Shown here piece by piece: positions 39,256 through 48,973 of a stretch of 64,000 nucleotides of DNA. The notes beneath the pieces were generated by a model that saw nothing but the letters and a program-made list of their open reading frames with translations, ran no database searches and was not told the DNA's origin. A program made the translations under genes and the position numbers. The stretch's first letter is position 1. Each line of letters begins with the position of its first letter. The stretch is taken from contig JADFJT010000001.1 of assembly GCA_022566015.1 (NCBI GenBank), positions 29,143-93,142 of the forward strand, in the 5' to 3' direction. The DNA is from Pseudomonadota bacterium. Lineage in GTDB: Bacteria; Pseudomonadota; Gammaproteobacteria; GCA-001735895.

Positions 39256-41310
39256 TTATCCCAAATCCGGCATTTCTCGCCGAAACAGCGGTTCATAAAA
39301 ATCGACCTCCGATTCGAGATTTCGCGCGGCCAGATGCCCATCGTAAACTGCGGCCGCTATTGTTCCCGGTGCATTGCAGTCACCGATGGCCAGCAAGGTT
39401 TTAAATCGGTTTTGGTGGGGCAACAAAGCCTGGTATAGATCATCGGCGGGTAGCCTGGAAGTGACTAGTATGATGGTGTCGAAGGGTATCTCCTGCTGAT
39501 GTTCATTTAGGTAAACATTCGCGATTTGTGCACTGCCTTCACTGACACGAAGCAGTTCGTGCGATGTCGTCAGGGAAACACCCAGCGACAGTAGCCTTGA
39601 TTGAATCTTTTCCTGCTCGAGGGTATTTTCGGTCCAGCTCGAAACCTTTGAATCGGGTGTAACCAGATGCACATCCAGTCCATCCTGCCGGCATTGTTCG
39701 GCAATTACGCCACCCAGGTAGTAATGGTCATCGTCGTAAATTAGCACCCGCCCCTGTGGTTTAGTACCGGAGAAAATGTCGTCAGGGGTTAGCACCGACA
39801 CCGACTCAACACCCTCAATTGAGAAAGCATGTCGACGCCCGATGCCATCACGTCGCCAGTCTGAGCCAGTGGCGATGAGTATATGGCGTATTTCGAGTTC
39901 GAGAATATCCTCTGCTGAAAGCCGATTATCAAGATATAATTGTACGTTGGGCAGACGCGCTATCTGGGATTCACGATAATCGCGCACGCGCGCGTAACTT
40001 GCCAGACCCGGTAATTGACTTTCGAGTGCTACCCGACCACCGAGTGTTTTAGTTGCTTCGGCAAGAGTCACCGCATAGCCACGTTTGCCGAGTTGCATCG
40101 CGCATTCCATTCCGGCGGGTCCACCACCGACTACTAGCACCCCATCGTCACTGGCGGCTTTCTGAATGTTTTCCGGGTGCCAGTTACGCTTCCATTCCTC
40201 GCCCTGGGTCGGGTTTTGCGTGCAGCGTATCGGAGCGACAATCATGTCTTGCGCAACGCATATATTGCAGCCTATACATTCGCGGATATCTTCGAGACGC
40301 CCTTCCTCGATCTTTCGTGGTAAGAACGGGTCGGCAATCGAAGGCCGCGCCGCGCCGATTAAATCCATAACGCCGCGTTTGATCTGCGACACCATCGCAT
40401 CCGCCGAAGTAAATCGACCGACTCCAACCACCGGCTTACTGGTCAGGGTTTTAACAAATGCCGTATATTTTTCCTGGAAACCCTCCATCGGCTCAAAGCG
40501 CGCAGTGGCGGAATCGTTATCCCAGCCGCTAACATTCACATCCCAAAGGTCTGGTAGTTCGGCGAGCATACCGATAATATCGCGCCCTTCGCATTCGGCC
40601 CGCAATCCATCCTCGCCTCGCAGCTCGTCGACAGCGAGCCGCATGGCAACGGCGCATTGGTCTCCGACTGCTTCCTTGACTGCAGTGAGTATTTCTCTGG
40701 TCAGACGAACACGGTTTTCCAGGCTACCACCATACTGATCCGATCGTCGGTTATAGTGAGGTTTGAGGAAGTGCTGAAGTATACTCATGTCGTGCCCGGC
40801 GTAGACGTAGACGATATCGTAACCCGCCTTTCTCGCCAGTTTTGCTGCATTGACATGCCATTCACGTATATCATGAATATCACGCAGGGTCATCGCGCGT
40901 GCCTGTATCGGGTAATTACCATGGATTACTGTGGCACTAGGGGACATCGGCGCGATGCGGCTATAATTATTCGGTGCGTGGAGCGCACCATAGACTAACT
41001 CAATACCGGCGAGTGACCCGAATTCGTGTACCGCATCAGTCATCAGGCGATGCGGAGGTATATCTTTTTCATCCCACAGTCTTCCTTCAAAACTCGGTGT
41101 TATTTCAGCACTGGGATGAATTTCTACTTCCTGTGTACAAACCACACCCCAGCCACCCTCGGCCTTGATGCGCCGATTTTCAACCTCTGCTAGCGGGCGA
41201 CCGTGTCCCAGCGAATTGCAATGCGGTACCTGGTAAAACCGATTTTTAGTCGTGACCGGGCCAATTTGCAAGGGTTCAAATAAAATATCGTATTTTGGAT
41301 CTCGACTCAT
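39256..41310 (-). CDS. Trimethylamine-dehydrogenase-family amine oxidoreductase / N-methyl-amino-acid demethylase
   Basis: 684 aa with an OYE-like TIM barrel plus NAD/FAD-binding domain. N-terminal FYQVPHCNS has the Cys at the TMADH covalent-FMN position; 4Fe-4S motif CIGCNICV...C; Rossmann GGGPAG. Confidence 0.75.
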   Translation of the reverse strand: MSRDPKYDILFEPLQIGPVTTKNRFYQVPHCNSLGHGRPLAEVENRRIKAEGGWGVVCTQEVEIHPSAEITPSFEGRLWDEKDIPPHRLMTDAVHEFGSLAGIELVYGALHAPNNYSRIAPMSPSATVIHGNYPIQARAMTLRDIHDIREWHVNAAKLARKAGYDIVYVYAGHDMSILQHFLKPHYNRRSDQYGGSLENRVRLTREILTAVKEAVGDQCAVAMRLAVDELRGEDGLRAECEGRDIIGMLAELPDLWDVNVSGWDNDSATARFEPMEGFQEKYTAFVKTLTSKPVVGVGRFTSADAMVSQIKRGVMDLIGAARPSIADPFLPRKIEEGRLEDIRECIGCNICVAQDMIVAPIRCTQNPTQGEEWKRNWHPENIQKAASDDGVLVVGGGPAGMECAMQLGKRGYAVTLAEATKTLGGRVALESQLPGLASYARVRDYRESQIARLPNVQLYLDNRLSAEDILELEIRHILIATGSDWRRDGIGRRHAFSIEGVESVSVLTPDDIFSGTKPQGRVLIYDDDHYYLGGVIAEQCRQDGLDVHLVTPDSKVSSWTENTLEQEKIQSRLLSLGVSLTTSHELLRVSEGSAQIANVYLNEHQQEIPFDTIILVTSRLPADDLYQALLPHQNRFKTLLAIGDCNAPGTIAAAVYDGHLAARNLESEVDFYEPLFRREMPDLG

Positions 41311-41311
41311 T

Positions 41312-41817
41312 TTAGCTACTCATATTAACAACAACACGATCACGCGGCAGACCTTCTGCCGCCTGATACCAGATTTCTAATTCGCAAATATCAGCTGGAG
41401 ACATAGCCTGGGACTGTACCGGCATGCCGACCAATGCAGTATTGGGCAGGCTACTGGGTCCAAACGACGCCTTGCGGCCATACAGATTAGCGGTTGAACG
41501 TCCTCCATACCAAATCTCGACGCCGGCCAAAGACTCGTGCACCGCATCAGTTATCAAACGCAAATTTTTTATATCTCCTTCGTCCCATAGGCTCTCGTGC
41601 GGGAAGGGATGGTCATCGGAGCTGGGATGGACAGAGCAATACTCGGTGCACACCACACCCCAGCCGCCTTCGGCCTTGACACCGTGCATGGCGGCCTCAT
41701 CTGCGGCCTCTGATATCCCATGCCGCTAAAATGCGGTTCCTGGTAAAAACGATTGGGTGCGATCACCGGCCCGATTTTGACAGGATCAAATAGTGGATCG
41801 TAACGTGGGTCGCGCAT
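41312..41817 (-). pseudogene. Frameshifted, truncated duplicate of the first ~165 codons of the adjacent flavoprotein gene
   Basis: Two short ORFs (MRDPRYDPLFDPVKIGPV...; ...KAEGGWGVVCTEYCSVHPS...LWDEGDIKNLRLITDAVHE) mirror residues 1-165 of the downstream gene. Nucleotide similarity is visible (AATGCGGTaCCTGGTAAAAcCGATT vs AATGCGGTtCCTGGTAAAAaCGATT). Confidence 0.65.
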
Positions 41818-43041
41818 CTAGGCTATTTCGGCCGTTTTACGGCGTAACAATAATTGCTGGTTTACCTGTTTTAAACTTCCTCGCTCTGGCGCCTGATCTA
41901 ATGCCATTACCGGGATTAATTCACGCAACTGATTCTGAAAGGCACAAATTCCAATCTCTAAATCGGAGAGCAAAACTTCGTCAAATGCGCTGGATTCCAT
42001 GCCTTGCGCCGCCCATTTCACAAGTCTAATATCTTCCTCTCCAGTATTATTGTTAATTGCGCTGCTCAGTGCCCGTGCTTTTTGCATCTCGGGTCGTTGA
42101 TCAGGCAGGGCATAACAGGCACCCGCCATCACGCTTTTTTGAAACCCAGCAGGGTAAATTTGATATACCTCGACCGTATCCGGGGATAATGAAATCACCA
42201 CACCAGGAAACATACCCCAATAAATCCATAAATGCTGATGCGATTCCGGTAGATGATTCGATACGGGCAAGGTTGCAATATAGTCCTGAACCAGCGGTGT
42301 CTTTGCCCTGCGATTTTTGAAACTGCCCTGAGATCGGCTCAAACCACATTCCAACACCTCATCGCGGTAGCTAGAACCGGTTAAATCAAAAAGCTCGGGA
42401 TGCCCCATCGCCACGTGATAACCCTCTTTGTCGATATCTGTTATTGTTTTCCAGTCGAGATCAAAATCAAAATGCCAGGGCTGGCCACAGCTCTCCATAT
42501 CGGCTATTTTATACAACCCTATTTCCTGGTCGGCTTCTGTTAATATCTGCGCAACTGATGGGCCAAAACCACTAAAACGCACGAAAATCAATCCATGCCA
42601 AACTTCGCAATCTAATGGCTTTAAGCCGTATTTGGATTTGTCGAGCGTTGGGAACTCTTTAGGTCTGGATATATTTTTGAGCTCACCATTGAATTGATAC
42701 GACCATCCGTGGAACGGGCATACGATTGCATTATTGCAATGTCCCTTGTCTTCAGCTACTACCCGCGACCCCCGGTGCCGACATAAATTATGAAAAGCCC
42801 TCACCTGTCCGTCATTATCACGAATTACGACGGCACGTTCGTTAGCAATATTCAGACACTGGAAATCACCCGCTTCCGGAATATCCGAGACATGTGCTAT
42901 CCAGTTCCAGTTTTTTAGAAACACCTCTTCTATTTCAAGCTGTGTCAGTTCTGAATTTTTGTAACACCATGCTGGCAACCCATTGCGCTTTCCACCTGCT
43001 TTTTGGTATAGCGCTTCTGCCGTAGTAAATTTCATAATCAA
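41818..43041 (-). CDS. Rieske [2Fe-2S] non-heme-iron oxygenase alpha subunit (GbcA / Stc2 / CntA-like quaternary-amine demethylase candidate)
   Basis: Rieske motif CRHRG...CPFHGW; a ~400-aa single-subunit architecture typical of the betaine/carnitine oxygenases. Confidence 0.7.
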   Translation of the reverse strand: MIMKFTTAEALYQKAGGKRNGLPAWCYKNSELTQLEIEEVFLKNWNWIAHVSDIPEAGDFQCLNIANERAVVIRDNDGQVRAFHNLCRHRGSRVVAEDKGHCNNAIVCPFHGWSYQFNGELKNISRPKEFPTLDKSKYGLKPLDCEVWHGLIFVRFSGFGPSVAQILTEADQEIGLYKIADMESCGQPWHFDFDLDWKTITDIDKEGYHVAMGHPELFDLTGSSYRDEVLECGLSRSQGSFKNRRAKTPLVQDYIATLPVSNHLPESHQHLWIYWGMFPGVVISLSPDTVEVYQIYPAGFQKSVMAGACYALPDQRPEMQKARALSSAINNNTGEEDIRLVKWAAQGMESSAFDEVLLSDLEIGICAFQNQLRELIPVMALDQAPERGSLKQVNQQLLLRRKTAEIA

Positions 43042-43135
43042 TAACCTCCGAAATGAAATTCAATTTTTTACATCGAATTCAACTTTTAAATACGAAGCCC
43101 ATGTTCGTCGATCCGCATGATCACTGTAAGGAATT

Positions 43136-44563
43136 TCAGCCACCCCAGGCTTGATGCTGATCACCCGGTTTATCTCGATCTAATTCGTCGTAGAAGTCAC
43201 GCATCGCCAACTCGATTCCTTTACGCAAAATACCGACCATTTCGTCTATTTGTTCACGCGTAATCGTTAATGGTGGCGACATGACACACATGTTAACCAG
43301 GGGGCGGACAATCAATCCGAGCGCCTGGCAGTGCCGATCGATTCGATTACCAATTTCATAATCCATCGCCAGATTGGTATCACCCTGATTTAATTCGCAT
43401 TCGACACAAGCCATCAACCCGATACCACGCACATCGCTGACGATTGGAATATCTCGCAAGGTCTGTAACTGTTCCTGCATATAAGGGCCGACTTCCTGCA
43501 CATGCTCGAATAATTTTTCACGTTTCATGATTTCCAGATTTTTGAGACCAGCAGCAGCGGCCACCGGGTGACCGGAATAGGTAAAGCCATTTGAAAATAC
43601 CGCGCTATCGCCACCGAATGCTTTGACCTCGTCTAACAGACGATCCGATACTAGAAATGCACCCATGGGTATATAAGCCGAGGTCATTCCTTTCGCAGTG
43701 GTAATAATATCTGGCTGAATGCCAAAAACTGCTTCCGAAGCAAAGCAATGACCGAGCCGACCGAATGAAGTAACTACTTCATCCGATAAATACAGCATGT
43801 CGTATTTGCGGCATATCTCCAGGCAACGTTGGTGATAACCTTTTGGCGGCACAATGACACCACCTGACGCTAAAATCGGCTCGGCGACAAATACAGCACA
43901 TCGGTCCGCACCAACCGCGAGAATGCAATCCTCCAGGTTGGCAACACATTGGTCTAGAAATTCGCTATCCTTCTGCCCCTCAGCTTTCCATAAGGAATGC
44001 GGGGCCGATATGTGATGTATCAGCCCTTCGACAAAATCAAGTGAGTTCCTGTCGCGCTCTTTACCCGACACACTGGCACTTAAATAGGTACTGCCGTGAT
44101 ACCCCTTCTTATGCGAGATAATGTGCTTTTTCTCAGGTTTGCCGCGAACATTGTTGTAAAATTGTACAAACCGCAAAGCTGAATCAACGGCGGTCGATCC
44201 TCCGGTAGTGAAGAATACATGATTTAAGTCCCCCGGTGCCTCGGCGGCGATGGCTTGACTAAATTTCACCGCGGGACCAGTCGTTAAAGACCAGGGCGAG
44301 GTGTAAGACAAGCGCATTATCTGGTCGTATATAGCACGCGCCATCTCTTCGCGACCATGTCCGATATTCACACACCACATGCCGCCTGGGCCATCGAGCA
44401 ATCGATTACCGTCACTATCGTATACGTAAACGCCATCGCCCCTTTCAATGACTGTACGTTTATTTTTACCCAGCTTGACAATATCGTCCCAGGGGTGAAT
44501 GAACTGATTATCGGCCTTCACTAAATCTGCAGTTACTCTTGACACGGCCCATTTTCCTCGCAA
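43136..44563 (-). CDS. Class III (omega) aminotransferase
   Basis: 475 aa; PLP-fold motifs with Schiff-base Lys in TTAKG and DEV...GFGR. Confidence 0.8.
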   Translation of the reverse strand: MRGKWAVSRVTADLVKADNQFIHPWDDIVKLGKNKRTVIERGDGVYVYDSDGNRLLDGPGGMWCVNIGHGREEMARAIYDQIMRLSYTSPWSLTTGPAVKFSQAIAAEAPGDLNHVFFTTGGSTAVDSALRFVQFYNNVRGKPEKKHIISHKKGYHGSTYLSASVSGKERDRNSLDFVEGLIHHISAPHSLWKAEGQKDSEFLDQCVANLEDCILAVGADRCAVFVAEPILASGGVIVPPKGYHQRCLEICRKYDMLYLSDEVVTSFGRLGHCFASEAVFGIQPDIITTAKGMTSAYIPMGAFLVSDRLLDEVKAFGGDSAVFSNGFTYSGHPVAAAAGLKNLEIMKREKLFEHVQEVGPYMQEQLQTLRDIPIVSDVRGIGLMACVECELNQGDTNLAMDYEIGNRIDRHCQALGLIVRPLVNMCVMSPPLTITREQIDEMVGILRKGIELAMRDFYDELDRDKPGDQHQAWGG

Positions 44564-44609
44564 ATTAAAGTTAGATCAGTGGAATCAAATTCTATATGTA
44601 TATTAATAA

Positions 44610-44649
44610 TAGTCAACTATTTCAACTATATACGATTTTTAGTTGACTA
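44610..44649. promoter_or_regulatory. Inverted repeat TAGTCAACTA-N20-TAGTTGACTA in the divergent aminotransferase/tetR promoter region
   Basis: Read directly; candidate TetR operator. Confidence 0.4.
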
Positions 44650-44708
44650 AACACTCAAAAATATTTACAGTGCTAGCATAAATAAGAAAACTAACAGGCG
44701 AACTATTA

Positions 44709-45362
44709 ATGCCAGTTACCGTGACAGAAAAAAATCTCTCCAGCCGCAGTCGATCGGTTCAATCTGAATTTCGAAAACGTCAGTTGATCAACGCTACTAT
44801 CGACTGCATCGATACACTCGGCCTCTCACAAACCACGATCGCGCGCATAGCCGATCGAGCCGGCGTATCGCAAGGTATTGTCGTATTTCACTTTCAGCGC
44901 AAGGAAAATTTACTCGAAGAAGCTTTGCGAGAATTGAGTCGGGAATACGTCGAGTGTTGGAAAAATGCGCTCGACGGCGCCCGGGCAGACCCCGTATCCC
45001 AACTTTGCGCTCTGGTAGAGGCGAGCTTTGCTCCCGCCATATGCAACCGTAAAAAAATTAGTGTGTGGTATGCCTTCTGGGGGGAGTCTCGTTCTCGCCC
45101 CATATATAACAAGATTTGTGGCAATAACGATTTAGATTATTCAACGACACTATTATCGCTCTGCGAAGCAATCGAGGCGTACAGCGCAGCTGCTTTAAAA
45201 GCTCAGACCGCAGCGTTGAGTATCGAAGGCATGATTGACGGTCTGTGGCAAAAATTTTTAGTTGGCCCTAGTGGATTCAAACGTCAGCAAGCTATCGCTT
45301 CGGTCCTCGAATTGATTAAAATCATATACCCGGGAGAGCGACAAAATATTTACAGTAATTAA
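44709..45362 (+). CDS. TetR-family transcriptional regulator
   Basis: N-terminal HTH LSQTTIARIADRAGVSQGIVVFHF. Confidence 0.8.
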   Translation: MPVTVTEKNLSSRSRSVQSEFRKRQLINATIDCIDTLGLSQTTIARIADRAGVSQGIVVFHFQRKENLLEEALRELSREYVECWKNALDGARADPVSQLCALVEASFAPAICNRKKISVWYAFWGESRSRPIYNKICGNNDLDYSTTLLSLCEAIEAYSAAALKAQTAALSIEGMIDGLWQKFLVGPSGFKRQQAIASVLELIKIIYPGERQNIYSN

Positions 45363-45472
45363 AACCAACAAGTTAATTTGATCACTATATTAAAATAAAA
45401 TTTAGCACGCTAAAAAATATTTGACTCTATTAAGATTTTTAGTAGTTACAATAAATGGCATTGTTAATTTTC

Positions 45473-45482
45473 GTGATCACAA
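45473..45482. promoter_or_regulatory. GTGATCACAA palindrome (copy 4)
   Basis: TTTTCGTGATCACAATAA upstream of the potF-like gene. Confidence 0.5.
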
Positions 45483-45657
45483 TAATAAAAAGAATATTGC
45501 GATCCTATGGGTTCATTAAAATAACCAGCGGATCGCCAATATGTTAATGTCAAATATCATTGGCATGAGGAGTGCAGCAGCATTACTGTTTAAACGTCAG
45601 TAAAGCTAACGTTAAATGATTTGAGCACAGTGATGTTCAAAATACTAATCCAACTGT

Positions 45658-46785
45658 ATGGAGAAAAAAATGAAAAGATCTAGAATTCCATTTAAAGACA
45701 CAATTGTCGGCGCCGCTACAATCGCGCTGATTGTCGGGTCGAGCGTGGCCAGTGCGGCGGGTGAATTAAACGTAACCAACTGGGCGGAGTATATTGCCGA
45801 AGATACTATCGAAAATTTCGCCAAGGAATTTGATGTGAAGGTAGTCTATGACACCTATGATTCTGCCGAGGCCATCGACGCCAAGCTGTTGGCAGGTAGT
45901 TCCGGCTACGACGTCGTCAGCCACTCCAGTTCCGATGTTGGTCGCCTGATTCCAGCCGGAATACTTCAGAAACTAGATAAATCCAAGATACCCAACCTCA
46001 AGCACATGAGCTCTGAAGTCATGGGTAAGTTGAGCGACAACTGGGACCCCGGCAACAAATACATAGTTCCTTTTATGTGGGGTACGCATGGCGTAACCTA
46101 TAATGCGGCACTGGTCAAGAAAACCTATCCGGGTGCGCCTATCGGCTCCCTCGATTTGATATTCTTACCCGAGCATATGAAGAAACTGGCTAAATGCGGT
46201 GTGTCATTCCTCGATTCGCCTGGCGACATCATCCCGATGGCCCTGGCCTATTTGGGTTTAGACCCCTCTTCCACCGTAAAAACCGATTACAAAGAAGTCG
46301 CAATTCTGCTGAAAAAGATACGTCCTTACATCAAGACGTTTGATAATTACGCCTATCAGAGAATGCCGCAGCGCGAATTCTGTGTAGCTGTGACCTGGGG
46401 GCCCGATGGATTGCTGGCCATGTCAGGCGCCGAGGAAGCCAATACAGGTGTGGTACTGGACTTCTTCCTGCCACCCGGACAGGGAGCAGCACAATTATGG
46501 GTCGATGGCTGGGTCATTCCGGCGGATGCCAAAAATATCGAAAATGCTCACCTGTTCCTGAACTACTTGAGCCGTCCGCAAGTAGGCGCCAATGACAGTA
46601 ATTACACCTGGTATGCGACTGCCAATAAGGACGCCCTGAGCTTGATCGACGAAGAAGTCACTAGCAGTCCGGCAGCATTTCCACCGCCAGATCAGGTCGC
46701 TATGATGTATACCGTGGTAAATTTACCTCCGAAAATTGAACGGTTACAGACCAGAACCTGGACTAATTTTAAAGCCGGTAATTAA
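45658..46785 (+). CDS. potF: Putrescine/spermidine ABC transporter periplasmic binding protein
   Basis: 375 aa with signal peptide, PotD/PotF-family sequence, and the SBP-ATPase-permease-permease order of potFGHI. Confidence 0.8.
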   Translation: MEKKMKRSRIPFKDTIVGAATIALIVGSSVASAAGELNVTNWAEYIAEDTIENFAKEFDVKVVYDTYDSAEAIDAKLLAGSSGYDVVSHSSSDVGRLIPAGILQKLDKSKIPNLKHMSSEVMGKLSDNWDPGNKYIVPFMWGTHGVTYNAALVKKTYPGAPIGSLDLIFLPEHMKKLAKCGVSFLDSPGDIIPMALAYLGLDPSSTVKTDYKEVAILLKKIRPYIKTFDNYAYQRMPQREFCVAVTWGPDGLLAMSGAEEANTGVVLDFFLPPGQGAAQLWVDGWVIPADAKNIENAHLFLNYLSRPQVGANDSNYTWYATANKDALSLIDEEVTSSPAAFPPPDQVAMMYTVVNLPPKIERLQTRTWTNFKAGN

Positions 46786-46868
46786 AATCAGCTGGAATAA
46801 GCCGGAGTGATTAGTAATAATCACTCCGGTTTTTTTATTTTTATTGTTAATTCCGGAACTATTGTTGA

Positions 46869-48014
46869 GTGTCTGACCAAATAAAATTCACTGGCCGCCC
46901 ATGGATGGACCCCGATCAACAGCCCTTTATCAAGATTCAAAGCCTGAGTAAACACTTTGGCTCCTTTACCGCAGTCGATAGCGTAGACCTCGAAATATAT
47001 AAGGGCGAATTATTCTCCCTGCTCGGTGCTTCGGGTTGTGGCAAGACTACGCTGTTACGCATGCTCGCCGGATTCGAAACTCCAAGCTCGGGTACTATAC
47101 ATATCGACGGCGTCGATATGACCGACGTACCTCCTTACGAAAGGCCGGTGAACATGATGTTTCAGTCCTATGCGCTGTTCCCGCACATGAGCGTAGAACA
47201 GAATGTCGCCTATGGGCTGCATCGTGACGGCATCGATAAGCAGGCGATCAAAACACGGGTGGAAGATATGCTTGCAATGGTCGAGCTTACCGATTTTCGC
47301 AAGCGCAAACCCCACCAGTTATCTGGTGGCCAAAAACAGCGCGTAGCGCTCGCTCGTTCGCTGGTTAAACAGCCCAAGGTTTTATTACTCGACGAGCCGC
47401 TCGCCGCGCTGGACAAGCGCCTGCGCGAGAATACCCAGTTCGAACTGATGAAAATACAAGACCAACTCGGTGTCACATTTATCGTCGTCACTCATGACCA
47501 GGAAGAGGCCATGACGCTGTCAACCCGCATTGCGATGATGGATGCAGGCCGATTCATACAAATCGGCACGCCGATTGAAATCTATGAGTTTCCAGAATCA
47601 CGTCTGGTCGCTAATTTTATTGGTAATACCAACATGTTCGAAGGTCGCGTCACGGAAAACGGGGTCGATCACATCGTCGTGCAAAGCAAACAGCCCGCCT
47701 GTGAGTTTTTTATCGATCACGGGATTTCCATTCAGGAAGGCACCAGAGTATGGGTAGCGATACGCCCAGAGAAATTTAGAATATCGAAATCGGCTCCTGA
47801 ATCAGGCCAGACCAATCAGATGAAAGGCGTTATCGACGACATCGGATATCTAGGAAAACTATCCATCTACCGGGTGAGGATCGGTGACGATAAAATCATC
47901 CAAATTACCTCGCCCAATCTGTCAAGGCCCAAGCACGGGGAGTCGCTGCTCGACTGGAGTGATGAAATTTATCTCAGTTGGGATGCGTCCAGTGTGGTGG
48001 TATTAACTAAATGA
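46869..48014 (+). CDS. potG: Polyamine ABC transporter ATPase
   Basis: Walker A GASGCGKTT, LSGGQKQR, and a C-terminal TOBE-like domain. Confidence 0.85.
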   Translation: MSDQIKFTGRPWMDPDQQPFIKIQSLSKHFGSFTAVDSVDLEIYKGELFSLLGASGCGKTTLLRMLAGFETPSSGTIHIDGVDMTDVPPYERPVNMMFQSYALFPHMSVEQNVAYGLHRDGIDKQAIKTRVEDMLAMVELTDFRKRKPHQLSGGQKQRVALARSLVKQPKVLLLDEPLAALDKRLRENTQFELMKIQDQLGVTFIVVTHDQEEAMTLSTRIAMMDAGRFIQIGTPIEIYEFPESRLVANFIGNTNMFEGRVTENGVDHIVVQSKQPACEFFIDHGISIQEGTRVWVAIRPEKFRISKSAPESGQTNQMKGVIDDIGYLGKLSIYRVRIGDDKIIQITSPNLSRPKHGESLLDWSDEIYLSWDASSVVVLTK

Positions 48015-48970
48015 TTAATACCAATCAGGTCGGTAACTCTGAGCTAGTCGCTGCAGGACCGGCCATAATAAAACGCCTGTCTCGCTCGCTGCAACATCGC
48101 TGGAAATCGATCGTTATCTTCATTCCCTATTTCTGGTTATTTCTGTTTTTCCTCACGCCATTTTTTATCGTATTTAAAATCAGCCTGGCAGAGCCCGCTA
48201 TCGCCAGTCCACCTTTTTTACCAATGATCGAATGGGCCGACGAAGGCATATTGCGGATAAAACTGGTATTCGAAAATTTCGTCTACCTGTGGGAGGACGA
48301 CCTATACTTCAAAACCTATTTGAATTCACTGAAAATATCTTCGATATCAACCCTGCTGTGCTTACTCCTCGGTTACCCGATGGCCTATGCAATCGTGCGC
48401 GCCAGGCATCCCTACAAACATATTTTATTAATGTTTATAATTCTGCCTTTCTGGATCCCATTTCTGCTACGTGTATACTCCTTGATGGGATTGCTAGCTG
48501 ACCGTGGAACGATCAATAACCTGCTGATTTACCTGGGTTTTATAGACGAACCCATTCGGTTACTGTACGCACCCTTCGCGGTATACGTGGGCATCGTTTA
48601 TACCTACCTGCCATTTATGATCTTGCCGCTTTACGCCAATATGGAAAAGCTGGATGCGAGCTTGCGCGAGGCGGCGGCAGACCTGGGTGCCAGACCTGTG
48701 GCGACATTTATTACCGTAACACTGCCGTTGACAACGCCAGGCATAATTGCAGGCTCATTACTGGTTTTCATTCCCGCTACGGGAGAATTTATCATCCCGG
48801 ACCTGCTCGGCGGCGGCAATGTACTGATGATTGGCCGTTTACTCTGGGACGAATTTACCGCCAACCATGACTGGCCGGTGGCTTCCGCGGTAGCAATAAT
48901 ATTGTGTATAGTCCTGGTTTTGCCCATGATGCTTTACCAGCGGACGCAAGGAAAGCAGGTGGAAGATTAA
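48011..48970 (+). CDS. potH: Polyamine ABC transporter permease
   Basis: 319-aa 6-TM permease; 4-nt overlap with the upstream gene. Confidence 0.8.
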   Translation: MINTNQVGNSELVAAGPAIIKRLSRSLQHRWKSIVIFIPYFWLFLFFLTPFFIVFKISLAEPAIASPPFLPMIEWADEGILRIKLVFENFVYLWEDDLYFKTYLNSLKISSISTLLCLLLGYPMAYAIVRARHPYKHILLMFIILPFWIPFLLRVYSLMGLLADRGTINNLLIYLGFIDEPIRLLYAPFAVYVGIVYTYLPFMILPLYANMEKLDASLREAAADLGARPVATFITVTLPLTTPGIIAGSLLVFIPATGEFIIPDLLGGGNVLMIGRLLWDEFTANHDWPVASAVAIILCIVLVLPMMLYQRTQGKQVED

Positions 48971-48973
48971 GAC

